Program-made: the position numbers and the translations under genes
From: an uncultured Candidatus Saccharibacteria bacterium
Lineage (GTDB): Bacteria; Patescibacteriota; Doudnabacteria; UBA920
Reading direction: 5' to 3'
Assembly (NCBI GenBank): GCA_964600695.1
Contig: CAZRKK010000002.1
Coordinates: 5,354 to 69,353 of the forward strand
Length of the DNA: 64,000 nt
In this document: positions 37,335 through 47,811 of the stretch, piece by piece
Position numbering within the stretch: position 1 is the stretch's first letter
Layout of the letters: each line of letters starts with the position of its first letter
Notes under the pieces: generated by a model
Database searches by the model: none
What the model saw: only the letters and a program-made list of their open reading frames with translations
Told to the model about the DNA's origin: nothing

Positions 37335-38366
37335 ATGCAAAATAAAATTAAAATTGGTATCAATGGATTTGGTCGTATAGGGCGACAGGCTTTTAAAATT
37401 GCTTTAGATAAACCAGAAATCGAGATTGTGGCGATAAATGATTTAACTAGCCCAGCAAGTTTGGCTCATCTTTTAAAATACGATAGTAACTATGGGAAGT
37501 TTGATCATACTATAGAGTCAAACGAAACTCATTTAATTGTAAATGGTAAAAGTTATTTAGTGACTGCAGAAAAAGATCCCGCTAACTTGCCTTGGGGCAA
37601 GCTTGGTGTAGATGTAGTTATCGAAAGTACAGGTAGATTTACAAGTGGAGAAAAGGCTAGTGGTCATTTAGCTGCGGGCGCGAAGAGGGTAATTATTTCT
37701 GCTCCAGCTAAAGATGAAGGTATTACTAAGACATATGTTTTAGGGGTAAACGAAGATGCTTATACCGACGAGGCTATCATTAGCAATGCCTCTTGCACCA
37801 CAAACTGTATTGCTCCTGTAGCGGCTGTTATGCATGCAAAGTTTGGAATCGAGAAAGCTATGATGACTACCATTCATAGTTACACAGCCGAACAAAACTT
37901 AGTAGATGGTCCTCCTCCAGGAGGGCACTCCGAAGATTTTCGTAGAGCACGAGCAGCAGCGGTAAATATTGTACCAACTACCACTGGGGCAGCTATTTCT
38001 GCCACAGAAACAATTCCAGAATTAAAAGGTTTGTTTGATGGTATGGCTATTCGCGTGCCTACTCCTGTTGGAAGTTTAACCGATTTTACCATGTTGTTAA
38101 AAAAAGATGTTACGGTCGAGGAAGTTAATCAAGCGTTTATAGATGCAACTACTCATCCTTTATACAAAGGCGTGTTAGTAGTAACAGATGAACAATTGGT
38201 TTCTTCTGATATCGTTGGTAACCCTGCTTCGGCTATTGTAGATTTATCTTTAACTAAAGTTACTGCCGGTAATTTTGTAAAAGTAATTGCTTGGTATGAT
38301 AATGAATTTGGTTATTCCAATAGACTTGTCGAACAAGTAATTTTAGTTGGCCAGAGTATTAAGTAG
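37335..38366 (+). CDS. gap: Glyceraldehyde-3-phosphate dehydrogenase
   Basis: KIGINGFGRIGR ... ASCTTNCIAPV. Confidence 0.95.
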   Translation: MQNKIKIGINGFGRIGRQAFKIALDKPEIEIVAINDLTSPASLAHLLKYDSNYGKFDHTIESNETHLIVNGKSYLVTAEKDPANLPWGKLGVDVVIESTGRFTSGEKASGHLAAGAKRVIISAPAKDEGITKTYVLGVNEDAYTDEAIISNASCTTNCIAPVAAVMHAKFGIEKAMMTTIHSYTAEQNLVDGPPPGGHSEDFRRARAAAVNIVPTTTGAAISATETIPELKGLFDGMAIRVPTPVGSLTDFTMLLKKDVTVEEVNQAFIDATTHPLYKGVLVVTDEQLVSSDIVGNPASAIVDLSLTKVTAGNFVKVIAWYDNEFGYSNRLVEQVILVGQSIK

Positions 38367-38374
38367 GTAAAGTG

Positions 38375-38407
38375 TAAAAAAAAAGAGCAGAAATTTCTGC
38401 TCTGGAT
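38375..38407. terminator. Perfect 10-bp hairpin AGAGCAGAAA/TTTCTGCTCT preceded by A9 (reads as hairpin + U9 on the minus strand)
   Basis: Seen directly; serves the minus-strand micro-ORF and possibly gap. Confidence 0.6.
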
Positions 38408-38422
38408 GAGGTGTAATTTGTT

Positions 38423-38509
38423 TTAGTTAGGGAGAAAGCTTATCCCTACGGCAAGAATTACAATCCCAAATAAGTAAGCGATGATTAAAATTTTAATATC
38501 TTTTCTCAT
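38423..38509 (-). CDS. Candidate 28-aa hydrophobic micro-protein MRKDIKILIIAYLFGIVILAVGISFLPN
   Basis: Minus-strand ATG with GGAGG RBS (rc of ctcctcc at 38513-38518) and downstream hairpin + U-run; below the ORF-track length cutoff; coordinates +/- 3 nt. Confidence 0.4.
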   Translation of the reverse strand: MRKDIKILIIAYLFGIVILAVGISFLPN

Positions 38510-38574
38510 TTGTCCTCCAGTCGATCGATGTAATAATTGATGTAGCACTAGTATTAAATCATAAATTATCAATT

Positions 38575-39822
38575 TTGTCAATAGAAAGCTTAACAAATAT
38601 TCTTAAAAAAGATGCAAAATCTCTCAAAAATAAGAGAGTTTTGTTAAGATTAGATTTAAACGAAGAGATATCCACAACTGGTAAGTTGCTAGATAATTTT
38701 AGGATTCAGTCGGCAATACCTACAATAAAAATTTTGCGTTCTGCTGGTGCAAAAATCATTATCGTCTCTCATTTGGGTCGGCCAGAAGGGAAGTGGGGTA
38801 CTAGCTTGTCCTTAAAACCAATCGCTAATTGTTTAGCAGAGATGTTGGATTATAAGTACGTAGAGACTGATGGTAAGTTACCGACATATTCAATTCCACA
38901 TCTCGTACTTTTTAAAAATGATATTACCAAGCCTGAGTCTTTAGAATTTCTAAATGATCAGTCAGCTCAGGATATTGTGATGTTAGAAAATATTCGCTTT
39001 TACGAAGGCGAAGATCTAAACTCAGATATTTTTTCGGAACAACTTTCTAAGACAGCTGATTTATTTGTTAATGATGCGTTTAGTGTTTGTCATAGAGCAG
39101 CTGCTTCTGTAGTTGGGGTTACTAAATACCTACCTAGTAGTGCAGGGCCCTTACTAGAAAAAGAAATTAAAGCACTAGAGTTCATGCTTTCTAATAAAGT
39201 TGCAAAACCATTTGTTCTTATGATGGGCGGAATTAAGATTGCCGACAAAGAACAAACTTTGCGTAACCTTGGTAAGCGAGCCGACAAGATTTTACTTGCC
39301 GGTGGTTTGGCTAATTTGTTTTTAAAAGCTCAGGGTTATGATGTTGGTGTTGATGTTGCAGATAAAAAAAGCCTGGCTTTAGCCAAAGAGTTATTACTAA
39401 ATTTTAAATCAAAACTAGTATTACCTTCTGATGTTGCAGTTAAAACTATCAAAGCCCCAAATCAGGCACAAGCTAAACAGTTATCAGAAATTGTGGCTAC
39501 AGATAAACTTTATGATATTGGTCCGCAATCAATTTTGGCTTTTAGCAAGATATTAAAAACTGCTGGAACAATTTGTTGGAATGGCCCACTAGGGTATTTT
39601 GAGGATAAGTCTTTTCGGGCGGGGACAATGGCTATCTCCAATGTTATAGGTGGTTTAGGTAAACGCAAAGCTTACGTATTGGTAGGTGGTGGTGAAACCG
39701 TTGCCTCTGTTAGGTTGGCTGGCCAGTTAGAACACATTGACCATGTGTCTACAGGTGGTGGTGCTATGCTAGAATTTTTAGCCGGTGCTAAACTTCCTGG
39801 AATTGAAGCCTTAAGAAAATAA
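38575..39822 (+). CDS. pgk: Phosphoglycerate kinase (TTG start)
   Basis: LKNKRVLLRLDLNEEI N-terminal PGK motif; STGGGAMLEFLAGAKLPG C-terminal motif. Confidence 0.9.
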   Translation: MSIESLTNILKKDAKSLKNKRVLLRLDLNEEISTTGKLLDNFRIQSAIPTIKILRSAGAKIIIVSHLGRPEGKWGTSLSLKPIANCLAEMLDYKYVETDGKLPTYSIPHLVLFKNDITKPESLEFLNDQSAQDIVMLENIRFYEGEDLNSDIFSEQLSKTADLFVNDAFSVCHRAAASVVGVTKYLPSSAGPLLEKEIKALEFMLSNKVAKPFVLMMGGIKIADKEQTLRNLGKRADKILLAGGLANLFLKAQGYDVGVDVADKKSLALAKELLLNFKSKLVLPSDVAVKTIKAPNQAQAKQLSEIVATDKLYDIGPQSILAFSKILKTAGTICWNGPLGYFEDKSFRAGTMAISNVIGGLGKRKAYVLVGGGETVASVRLAGQLEHIDHVSTGGGAMLEFLAGAKLPGIEALRK

Positions 39823-39833
39823 TTTTTCTCTAT

Positions 39834-41087
39834 ATGATTTCCAAAATTAGCAAAATTACTGCTCGCCAAATTTTAGATAGCAGAGGCAATCCAACCTTAG
39901 AGGTTAGTGTGTATGCCGGTAAATCTTTTGCTGTGGCGTCTGTACCAAGTGGAGCCTCGACAGGAAGTCACGAGGCAGTAGAATTACGCGATGGCGGCAA
40001 AGCTTGGCGCGGTTTAGGGGTGCAAAAAGCAGTAAAAAACGTCGAGAAAATCATCACTCCCTTATTAAAAAATATTTCGGTTTTTGACCAAATGGAAATT
40101 GATAGACTAATGTTGGCTAAAGATAATACACCCGACAAGCGACGCTTAGGAGCCAATGCAATATTAGGAGTATCGTTGGCGGTATCACGCTTAGCTGCGC
40201 AATTAAAAAATCAAACTTTATATAATTATTTAGCTAAGACCTATCAGTTTAAAAAACCTTCCTCTCTACCAACACCTTTACTAAATGTTTTAAATGGAGG
40301 ACTTCATGCTGATTCTGGCACAGACGTGCAGGAGTTCTTCTTTATTCCAAAGCGGGGAAAATTTGCCCAAAAGTTAGAAATTGGTAGCCAAGCTATATCT
40401 GCATTAAAACAACTAATAAAAAAGAAAAAACTTTCTGTTGGTTTAGGTGACGAAGGTGGATTTGCTCCTAAGGTTCATTCTAACGAGAAGGCTTTACGTT
40501 TATTACTGGCTGCTGTGCATAAAGCTAAGTTTCGTTTAGGGAAAGATATCGCCTTAGGTATCGATGCTGCTGCCAGTGAATTTTTTGATGCCGAGAGAGA
40601 AGTCTATAATTTTAGTTCTGATAACAAACATTACAAACCTGCAAGTGTTTATAAGTTATATGCAAGTTGGGTAAAACGATTTGGTTTAGAAATAATCGAA
40701 GACGGATGCGCCGAGGATGATTTTGCGGGTTGGCAAAAGTTAACTTCAGCTTTAGGGGATAATATAACTCTGGTAGGTGATGATTTGTTTGTAACAAACC
40801 CTGCACGACTACAGGCTGGAATAATTTCTGGAATAGCTAACAGTGTACTAATTAAACCAAACCAAATTGGATCGGTGTCGGAAACAATGGCAACGATTAA
40901 GTTGGCCAAAAAGTTTAATTATAAAGTTGTCATTTCACATCGAAGCGGGGAAACGGCCGATGATTTTATTGCCGATTTAGCAGTTGCGGTTGGCGCGGAT
41001 TATATCAAGGCAGGTAGCTTAGCTCGAGGGGAGCGTTTAGCAAAGTATAATCGATTATTAAAAATTGCCGACGAACTTAAGCAGTAG
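39834..41087 (+). CDS. eno: Enolase
   Basis: SHRSGETADDFIADLAVA, IKPNQIGSVSET. Confidence 0.95.
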   Translation: MISKISKITARQILDSRGNPTLEVSVYAGKSFAVASVPSGASTGSHEAVELRDGGKAWRGLGVQKAVKNVEKIITPLLKNISVFDQMEIDRLMLAKDNTPDKRRLGANAILGVSLAVSRLAAQLKNQTLYNYLAKTYQFKKPSSLPTPLLNVLNGGLHADSGTDVQEFFFIPKRGKFAQKLEIGSQAISALKQLIKKKKLSVGLGDEGGFAPKVHSNEKALRLLLAAVHKAKFRLGKDIALGIDAAASEFFDAEREVYNFSSDNKHYKPASVYKLYASWVKRFGLEIIEDGCAEDDFAGWQKLTSALGDNITLVGDDLFVTNPARLQAGIISGIANSVLIKPNQIGSVSETMATIKLAKKFNYKVVISHRSGETADDFIADLAVAVGADYIKAGSLARGERLAKYNRLLKIADELKQ

Positions 41088-41115
41088 AGCTTAGTTACGG
41101 GAACTTAATTTATAA

Positions 41116-42735
41116 ATGAAAAGAGTTTACAAAAAAATTGTCTTGGTGGTCTTAGATGGATTTGGTGTGGCTACATACAGTCACGGTAATGCCATTGCTT
41201 TGGCTAATCCAGAGGCGATGAACGATCTCATTGCTCACTATCCATCGTTAACTTTATTGGCTTCTGGTCCAGTGGTTGGTTTGCCGTGGGGTGAAGTAGG
41301 TAACTCTGAAGTTGGTCATTTGAATATGGGAGCTGGTAGGGTTGTTGGCCAAGATTTGCCGCGTATTAATGCGGCAATTTCGGACCATTCATTTTTAAGC
41401 AACCCAGTCTTTTTAGAAGCAATTGAGCATGCTCGAAAAAATAACTCAAAACTACATTTAGTTGGGTTGGTGAGTGACGGTGGTGTTCACAGTAGTTGTG
41501 AGCATTTATACGCGCTATTGGGTGTGGCAGCCGAGCAACAGTTTAATGAGGTTTATATCCATATGTTTACTGATGGACGTGATACAGGGCCAAAAGTCGC
41601 CTTAGAAAGCATTGCTAAACTCAAAGACACAATTGCGAAATTAGGTGTAGGGAAAATTGCTACAATCGCTGGGCGATTTTATGGCATGGACCGTGGTAAG
41701 CATTGGGATCAAACTGAAGCTATGTATAGAGCAATGGTTAAAGGCGCAGGTGCTGCTGCGGACTCTGCAGAAGATGCAATTTTAAATAACTATAATCAAA
41801 ATATTTTTGATGAAATGATTCCACCTACGGTAATTGTTTCTAGGGGTGAAGATGGAAGTATTAAACCTACTGGTGTTGTTTCTAGTAATGATGCAATAAT
41901 ATTTTTTAATTTTCGATCTGATCGAGCTATTCAGTTAACTAAAGCATTTGTGGTCCCACAGGATATGGATATCGAAAAAAAGCACCCTCCTTTGGATAAT
42001 TTATATTTTGCCACTATGACTGAGTATCTTAGTAACTTGCCGGTTCATGTGGCTTTTGCTCAACAGAATCTAAAAAATAATTTGGCCGAAGCTTTATCTA
42101 CCAGAGGAATTCGTCAGTATCACATTGCGGAAAGCGAAAAATTTGCTCACGTCACTTCATTCTTCAATGGGGGAGTAAGTGAGCCGTTTGCGGGTGAGGA
42201 GCGTACTATTGTGCAAAGCCCTATCAATGATAAGAATTATGTGGATCGACCTCAGATGTCGGGAATCGAAGTTGCAGACAAGTTAGTTCATAAGATTATG
42301 GAAGAAGACTTTCAATTCTATTTAGCTAACTTTGCAAACTCAGATATGGTTGGTCATACAGGGAATATTACTGCTGGGATTAAGGCTGTGCAGTATCTAG
42401 ATCGTTTCTTAGAACAAATTCGTAAGGCTGTGCTAAGTGTTGATGGTTTATTAATCATTAGTGCCGACCATGGTAACATCGAAGAAATGATCGACCGTAA
42501 GACTGGTGATATAAACACAGAGCATAGTACTAGCCCAGTTCCATTTATTGCCATGGCTAAAGACTTAGCTTTTCCTGTAGCTAAGAATCGTAACTATTTA
42601 TCATTATCCAGTATGATGCCTTCTGGGGTAGTTTCTGATATTGCGCCAACCATCCTAGAATTTTTTGGTATTCCTAAGCCAGCAGAGATGACTTCTGTAA
42701 GTTTAGTGGATCAAATCGAGGCCCAGCTAAAATAG
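41116..42735 (+). CDS. gpmI: 2,3-bisphosphoglycerate-independent phosphoglycerate mutase
   Basis: LVGLVSDGGVHS, ISADHGN. Confidence 0.9.
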   Translation: MKRVYKKIVLVVLDGFGVATYSHGNAIALANPEAMNDLIAHYPSLTLLASGPVVGLPWGEVGNSEVGHLNMGAGRVVGQDLPRINAAISDHSFLSNPVFLEAIEHARKNNSKLHLVGLVSDGGVHSSCEHLYALLGVAAEQQFNEVYIHMFTDGRDTGPKVALESIAKLKDTIAKLGVGKIATIAGRFYGMDRGKHWDQTEAMYRAMVKGAGAAADSAEDAILNNYNQNIFDEMIPPTVIVSRGEDGSIKPTGVVSSNDAIIFFNFRSDRAIQLTKAFVVPQDMDIEKKHPPLDNLYFATMTEYLSNLPVHVAFAQQNLKNNLAEALSTRGIRQYHIAESEKFAHVTSFFNGGVSEPFAGEERTIVQSPINDKNYVDRPQMSGIEVADKLVHKIMEEDFQFYLANFANSDMVGHTGNITAGIKAVQYLDRFLEQIRKAVLSVDGLLIISADHGNIEEMIDRKTGDINTEHSTSPVPFIAMAKDLAFPVAKNRNYLSLSSMMPSGVVSDIAPTILEFFGIPKPAEMTSVSLVDQIEAQLK

Positions 42736-42753
42736 TGTTGTCGAGTTGGGAGG

Positions 42754-44667
42754 TTGTGTTATGATGCCTATATGGCAAAATACTGGCAATTAAAACAACC
42801 TGTTCCACCGGCAATTTTGGAACAATTTCCAGAAATTTCTACACTGCAAGTGCAGTTGCTTTATAATTTGGGCTTATCCGATCCAGATCGTGTGGATTGG
42901 TTTTTAAATCCTGATTATCATAATCTATACGACCCATTTTTATTCGGACAAATGCAGACTGCAGTCGACAGGACTTGGGAGGCTATAGAAAAAGGCGAAA
43001 AAATCCTAATTTATGGAGATTATGACGCCGACGCTGTGACTGCCAATGCCGTTCTTCAACAAACTTTTCGATATTTAGGTATAAATGATGTAGAAAGTTA
43101 TATCCCAGACCGTTTTTCTGAAGGATATGGGCTTAACTTAGAGGCTTTTCAAAAAATTAAGGACATGGGGGTAAAGTTAGTAATTACGGTTGATTGTGGG
43201 ACAAACTCTGTTGAAGAAGCCAAATTTTGCAAAGCTAATGGCATTGATTTAATTATCACCGATCATCACGAAATTACTGGGGATATCCCGGACAGTTTTG
43301 CTTTGGTTAATCCAAAAAACCCAGAAGAACTTTATCCAGATAAACAGGTAACTGGTGTGGGGGTGGCCTATAAATTTGCTAAGGCTCTATTAAGTAATCA
43401 TGAAAAAGTTATTGCTCAAAAGAAAATTGAACCAGACCAACATAATCCGGAATGGGATAAATGGTTATTAGATTTAGTTGCTATTGGTACCGTTGCAGAT
43501 TGTCATTCTTTACTTGGAGAAAATAGAATCTTAGTAAAGTTTGGATTAAAGGTTTTACAAAAGACTCGCTGGTTAGGCCTTCGTTTATTAATAGAGAATG
43601 CAGGCTTAGATTTTCGTAAGAAAACTCCCGACTCAATCACAATTGGTTTTAATATTGCACCGCGTATCAATGCCGCAGGACGTTTAGAACATGCCGACAT
43701 TGCGTTAAAATTACTTACCACTACCGATTATGCAGAGGGTATTGATCTTGCCAATCGTATCGAAGAAATTAACCGTCGACGTCAAGATATTACCGCGCGG
43801 ATAGTTTCTGAGGCAAAAGAAAAAGCGGCATTAATATCTGATCGAAAAATTTTAGTGTTAGCCGATGAGGCTTGGCCAAAAGGAGTTGTAGGGATTGTTG
43901 CCGGAAAATTAGCCGACCATTATAAGAAACCAGTTATTGTAATGCAAAAGGGCGAAACTGAATCTACAGGATCCGCTCGCACAGCTCGCGGGTTTGATAT
44001 TGTTTCGGCTCTTATTGCTTGTCGAGAAAAGATTAAAAAATTTGGTGGTCACAAGGAGGCCGCTGGTCTGACAGTGGAGAACGATAAGATGGATGAGTTT
44101 TACATGGAGCTGCTTAAATATACAGAACTTCATTGGCCAGAAGAATTACCTCCAGCTATTTTAGAACTAGATGCTGAATTATCAGAAACAGATTTATCTT
44201 TTGATCGATATGCTGAAATCGAAGCCTTAGAACCCTATGGAGCAGGAAACCCTAAACCAAAGTTTATTTTGGCAGAAAGCACTGTAATTTCTCATCGATT
44301 GGTTGGGGCTACTAGTCAGCATTTGCAGTTACAAGTATTATGCGGCGAAACTTTACTAGAAACTATTGGTTTTAGTATGGCGTACGCGGCAATTGGTTTA
44401 GAAGCTGGGAAGGAAGTCTCTCTTGCTGGAGAGCTAATGGTCGACAGTTGGAATGGAACAAAAAAGTTAAAAATGCGCCTAATTGATGTTAAACTTAAAG
44501 AGGCTCTGGAAGAGGCAGAAGCCATTGCAGTGCCGGACGTAGAAGTAGTCTCGGGCGTAGAAGTAGCCTCGGAAGCAGTTGAAGCGCCGATCGCCGTAGC
44601 GCCGGCAGCGTCAGAGTCAAATTTAGAAACAATAACCTTAAAACAAAATGAAGAAATTACAGCTTAG
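42754..44667 (+). CDS. recJ: Single-stranded-DNA-specific exonuclease RecJ-like (DHH/DHHA1)
   Basis: ILIYGDYDADAVTANAV, ITDHHE; C-terminal Ala/Val/Glu-rich tail. Confidence 0.8.
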   Translation: MCYDAYMAKYWQLKQPVPPAILEQFPEISTLQVQLLYNLGLSDPDRVDWFLNPDYHNLYDPFLFGQMQTAVDRTWEAIEKGEKILIYGDYDADAVTANAVLQQTFRYLGINDVESYIPDRFSEGYGLNLEAFQKIKDMGVKLVITVDCGTNSVEEAKFCKANGIDLIITDHHEITGDIPDSFALVNPKNPEELYPDKQVTGVGVAYKFAKALLSNHEKVIAQKKIEPDQHNPEWDKWLLDLVAIGTVADCHSLLGENRILVKFGLKVLQKTRWLGLRLLIENAGLDFRKKTPDSITIGFNIAPRINAAGRLEHADIALKLLTTTDYAEGIDLANRIEEINRRRQDITARIVSEAKEKAALISDRKILVLADEAWPKGVVGIVAGKLADHYKKPVIVMQKGETESTGSARTARGFDIVSALIACREKIKKFGGHKEAAGLTVENDKMDEFYMELLKYTELHWPEELPPAILELDAELSETDLSFDRYAEIEALEPYGAGNPKPKFILAESTVISHRLVGATSQHLQLQVLCGETLLETIGFSMAYAAIGLEAGKEVSLAGELMVDSWNGTKKLKMRLIDVKLKEALEEAEAIAVPDVEVVSGVEVASEAVEAPIAVAPAASESNLETITLKQNEEITA

Positions 44668-45058
44668 TACAGATGGTGGAGCAAGGGGTAACCCTGGTCC
44701 GGCAGGTGCTGGTTTAGTTATAAAAGATGAGAATGGCAATATACTTCTTGAGCACGGTCAGTACTTAGGAGAGACTACTAATAATGTAGCCGAGTATTCT
44801 GCGCTAATAGAGGCTCTGAAGTTTGCAAAAACACTAGGCGGCACCGACTTGGAAATTTTTATGGATTCCGAGTTGATTGTTAAGCAAATGTTGGGTCAGT
44901 ATAAAATAAAACAGCCTCATCTGCAGGAATTGGCTGTTAAGGTTAAAGCTTTGCTAGCGGAATTTGATAGCTATACTTTTAAACATATTTTGCGTGAGTA
45001 TAACAAGGAAGCCGATCGAATGGTTAATCAAGCTATCGATCAAGCATTGGGGCTCTGA
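44648..45058 (+). CDS. rnhA: Ribonuclease HI
   Basis: LSTDGGARGNPGPAGAG ... EYSALIEAL. Confidence 0.85.
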   Translation: MKKLQLSTDGGARGNPGPAGAGLVIKDENGNILLEHGQYLGETTNNVAEYSALIEALKFAKTLGGTDLEIFMDSELIVKQMLGQYKIKQPHLQELAVKVKALLAEFDSYTFKHILREYNKEADRMVNQAIDQALGL

Positions 45059-45061
45059 GTT

Positions 45062-46360
45062 TTAATTAACAATAATTGAATACAATTTTTGGCCAGCTAG
45101 AACAACTAGCTGGTTTTCATTTCCAGAAAGTTGCATCATTGAAGGGGTGTTGTTTTCGAGTAGGGAGTATCTGTTCTGTCCATTGCGGTTGTCTATTTCT
45201 ACTGCTGTAACGTCTTTTGTAGTCGACACAAAGCCGTAACCCAACTCCGGTACAACTACTGCTTGAGTTAATGTTTGGCTGTTGCGATAGAATAATTCGG
45301 TTTTGCTAGAAATAAAATTATAGAAATAAATTTCTGTAGGAGTGGTAAATGTGAGTTCCTGCCGTGTTGAATTAAAATTAACTAATTGAACCTGGTTGTT
45401 TAGTAATTCTGGTTGGCTGTTGATTCTAAATAAAGAAGAATCTACTAACAGAAACAATTCTTTATGGTCTGTTAAGAATAATTGAGTGGACTTTCCCTTT
45501 AATATTTCTCCAGAGAATAGAACACCTTGCTTGGTTAAGGTTTTGCCATCCCAGTAGTAAGTTTGTAAACTGTCTGTTCCAGACTTTGCAGCATAGATAA
45601 TATTATCGCTAAGAGTAAACCCTCTCACATCATCTAGAATAACTTTGGCTGTTCCCTTGGTTTTTAAATTATACGAATAAATGGAGTTATCTTTTAAGGC
45701 AACAATAATATTTTCGGAAATTATATTAATATTGGAGCTATCTTTAAATTGAGTTGGCAAGTCGATTAGTTTTAAATTGCCAACATCTAGTAAGGATAAT
45801 TTTCCAGAGCTAGAAGTTGTTATAACAAAATTGTTAGATTGCGTCTCTTTAAACTTAATAATTTCTTCTGGTAAGGCATTGCTTTGATTAACAACTTTTT
45901 TCTGGCTTAAGTCGTAGAGTGTTATGGTTTTATCAGCACTGCTAAATAAAACTTGGTTGTTAATTACCAAAGCACTGCTTACGATCTTGTCAGTAAAGTT
46001 AATAGGGGTCGAATCTGGTAACAAAATGATTGCCTCGTCGAGACTACCCGCATAGGTTACTTTACCAGCTTCAATAAATAAACTTTTGGACCAGCTTCGA
46101 TAACCGTCTTTTTTTATTTCAATTTGATAGGTACCCTGTTTAACAAAACGCATTGTAGCTGGGGTGGTATCGGATTTCTTTCCATTTAAGTATACTTGAG
46201 CGCTGCTAGGGTCTGTCTGCACATCTAAGATACCAGTGCCATTAGTAGAGTCACTAAAGTTGAGTCCTTTACCGCTCACATAAATTACAATCAGTGGAGC
46301 TAAAGCAAAGAACACTATACAGATAAATAAGAGAATTAAATAACGAGTAATTTTGTCCAT
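45062..46360 (-). CDS. Hypothetical membrane-anchored protein with PEGA-like domain and beta-rich repeats
   Basis: N-terminal TM; QGTYQIEIKKDGYRSWSKSLFIEAGKVT resembles PEGA; convergent with rnhA, stop codons 3 nt apart. Confidence 0.55.
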   Translation of the reverse strand: MDKITRYLILLFICIVFFALAPLIVIYVSGKGLNFSDSTNGTGILDVQTDPSSAQVYLNGKKSDTTPATMRFVKQGTYQIEIKKDGYRSWSKSLFIEAGKVTYAGSLDEAIILLPDSTPINFTDKIVSSALVINNQVLFSSADKTITLYDLSQKKVVNQSNALPEEIIKFKETQSNNFVITTSSSGKLSLLDVGNLKLIDLPTQFKDSSNINIISENIIVALKDNSIYSYNLKTKGTAKVILDDVRGFTLSDNIIYAAKSGTDSLQTYYWDGKTLTKQGVLFSGEILKGKSTQLFLTDHKELFLLVDSSLFRINSQPELLNNQVQLVNFNSTRQELTFTTPTEIYFYNFISSKTELFYRNSQTLTQAVVVPELGYGFVSTTKDVTAVEIDNRNGQNRYSLLENNTPSMMQLSGNENQLVVLAGQKLYSIIVN

Positions 46361-46462
46361 TTGTCTATTAATTATACCAAATTTAGCTTAGTTAATAAAT
46401 CAATTTAGTCACTAGTTTTACTGATTGATGATTTTGGTCGAAACAGCTAGAATATAAGGACT

Positions 46463-47785
46463 ATGTCGGATCAAAAACAAACCCACGGCTCTTCTGATAA
46501 TGACAAGTTTATCATTACCGGAGGACAAAAATTAGAAGGAAATATCTCGGTTCGAGGTGCAAAAAACGCTGCTTTAAAGGCTTTAGCAGTGAGTTTAATT
46601 TTAGACGAACCTTCAAAGATTTTAAATGTTCCAGAAATCGAAGATATTAGTCGGTTGGTAGAAATTATGGAAGATCTTGGAGTAGAAATTAATAAACTCG
46701 ATCAAGGCACAGCCCTTGAACGTGGTTACGAAATAAAAAATCCTCGTATTCAGAAAAATAGTATTGCTCCTCATCTGCATCAGAAGACTCGGTCATCAAT
46801 GATGTTAGCTGCACCAATTTTGCTTCAGCACGGCGAAGTAACTTTTGCTTATCCAGGTGGTTGTGTTATTGGGAATCGACCCATAGATTTTTTCTTACAA
46901 GGTTTTAAGGAATTTGGAATCGAAGTTGAAGATCATGATAATGGTTATACTTTGCGAACTGGTGGTAAATTGCATCCAGCTAAAATTGTTTTTTCTCGTA
47001 TAAGTGTCACAGGAACAGAAGCCATGATGATGGTTGCTTGCAAAGTTGCTGGTCGTAGTGAAATTATAAACGCCGCCATGGAACCAGAAGTAGTTGCATT
47101 AGCAGAATTTTTGAATTCATGTGGTGCAAAAATTTCTGGAATTGGTTCGCCTCATTTAGTAATCGAAGGAGTGGAAAAATTAAGAGGGGGAGTTTACACC
47201 ACTATTTCAGATCGAATTGAAGCTGGTACTTTTGCAATTATGGCAGCAGCAACGAATTCTAATCTTACAGTGATGGGGATTGTCCCAGAGCATTTAGAGG
47301 TCTTATGGCAGTTCTTTAACCAGATTGGTGTTAACTATGAGCTAGGCGAAAATAGTGTTACGATAAAGCCATCAGGACAGTCGCTAAAAGCTGTAGCAAA
47401 AGATATAATTACGCATGAATATCCGGGTTTTCCGACAGACCTTCAGGCTCCAATGACAATTCTGATGACTCAAGCTCACGGTTCGTCCCTAATTTTTGAG
47501 ACCATTTATGAAGGCCGATTATTCTATATCGACAAGTTAAACTCGATGGGAGCAAATATATTTATGGCTGATCCACATCGGGTAATGGTAAATGGTCCAA
47601 CAAAATTAGTCGGTAAAAAAATTGCTTCACCAGATATTCGAGCAGGTATGGCGATGGTTATCGCTGGGTTAATAGCAGAAGGCGAGACAGAAATAGACAA
47701 TATTTATCAGATTGACCGAGGTTACGAACGAATCGAAGAACGTTTACAAGCTATCGGTGCAAAAATTAAAAGGGTGCAAGATTAA
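46463..47785 (+). CDS. murA: UDP-N-acetylglucosamine 1-carboxyvinyltransferase
   Basis: ITGGQKLEGNISVRGAKNAALK; 440 aa. Confidence 0.9.
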   Translation: MSDQKQTHGSSDNDKFIITGGQKLEGNISVRGAKNAALKALAVSLILDEPSKILNVPEIEDISRLVEIMEDLGVEINKLDQGTALERGYEIKNPRIQKNSIAPHLHQKTRSSMMLAAPILLQHGEVTFAYPGGCVIGNRPIDFFLQGFKEFGIEVEDHDNGYTLRTGGKLHPAKIVFSRISVTGTEAMMMVACKVAGRSEIINAAMEPEVVALAEFLNSCGAKISGIGSPHLVIEGVEKLRGGVYTTISDRIEAGTFAIMAAATNSNLTVMGIVPEHLEVLWQFFNQIGVNYELGENSVTIKPSGQSLKAVAKDIITHEYPGFPTDLQAPMTILMTQAHGSSLIFETIYEGRLFYIDKLNSMGANIFMADPHRVMVNGPTKLVGKKIASPDIRAGMAMVIAGLIAEGETEIDNIYQIDRGYERIEERLQAIGAKIKRVQD

Positions 47786-47811
47786 GGTTACACAGCATTA
47801 AGTTTAAGTTT

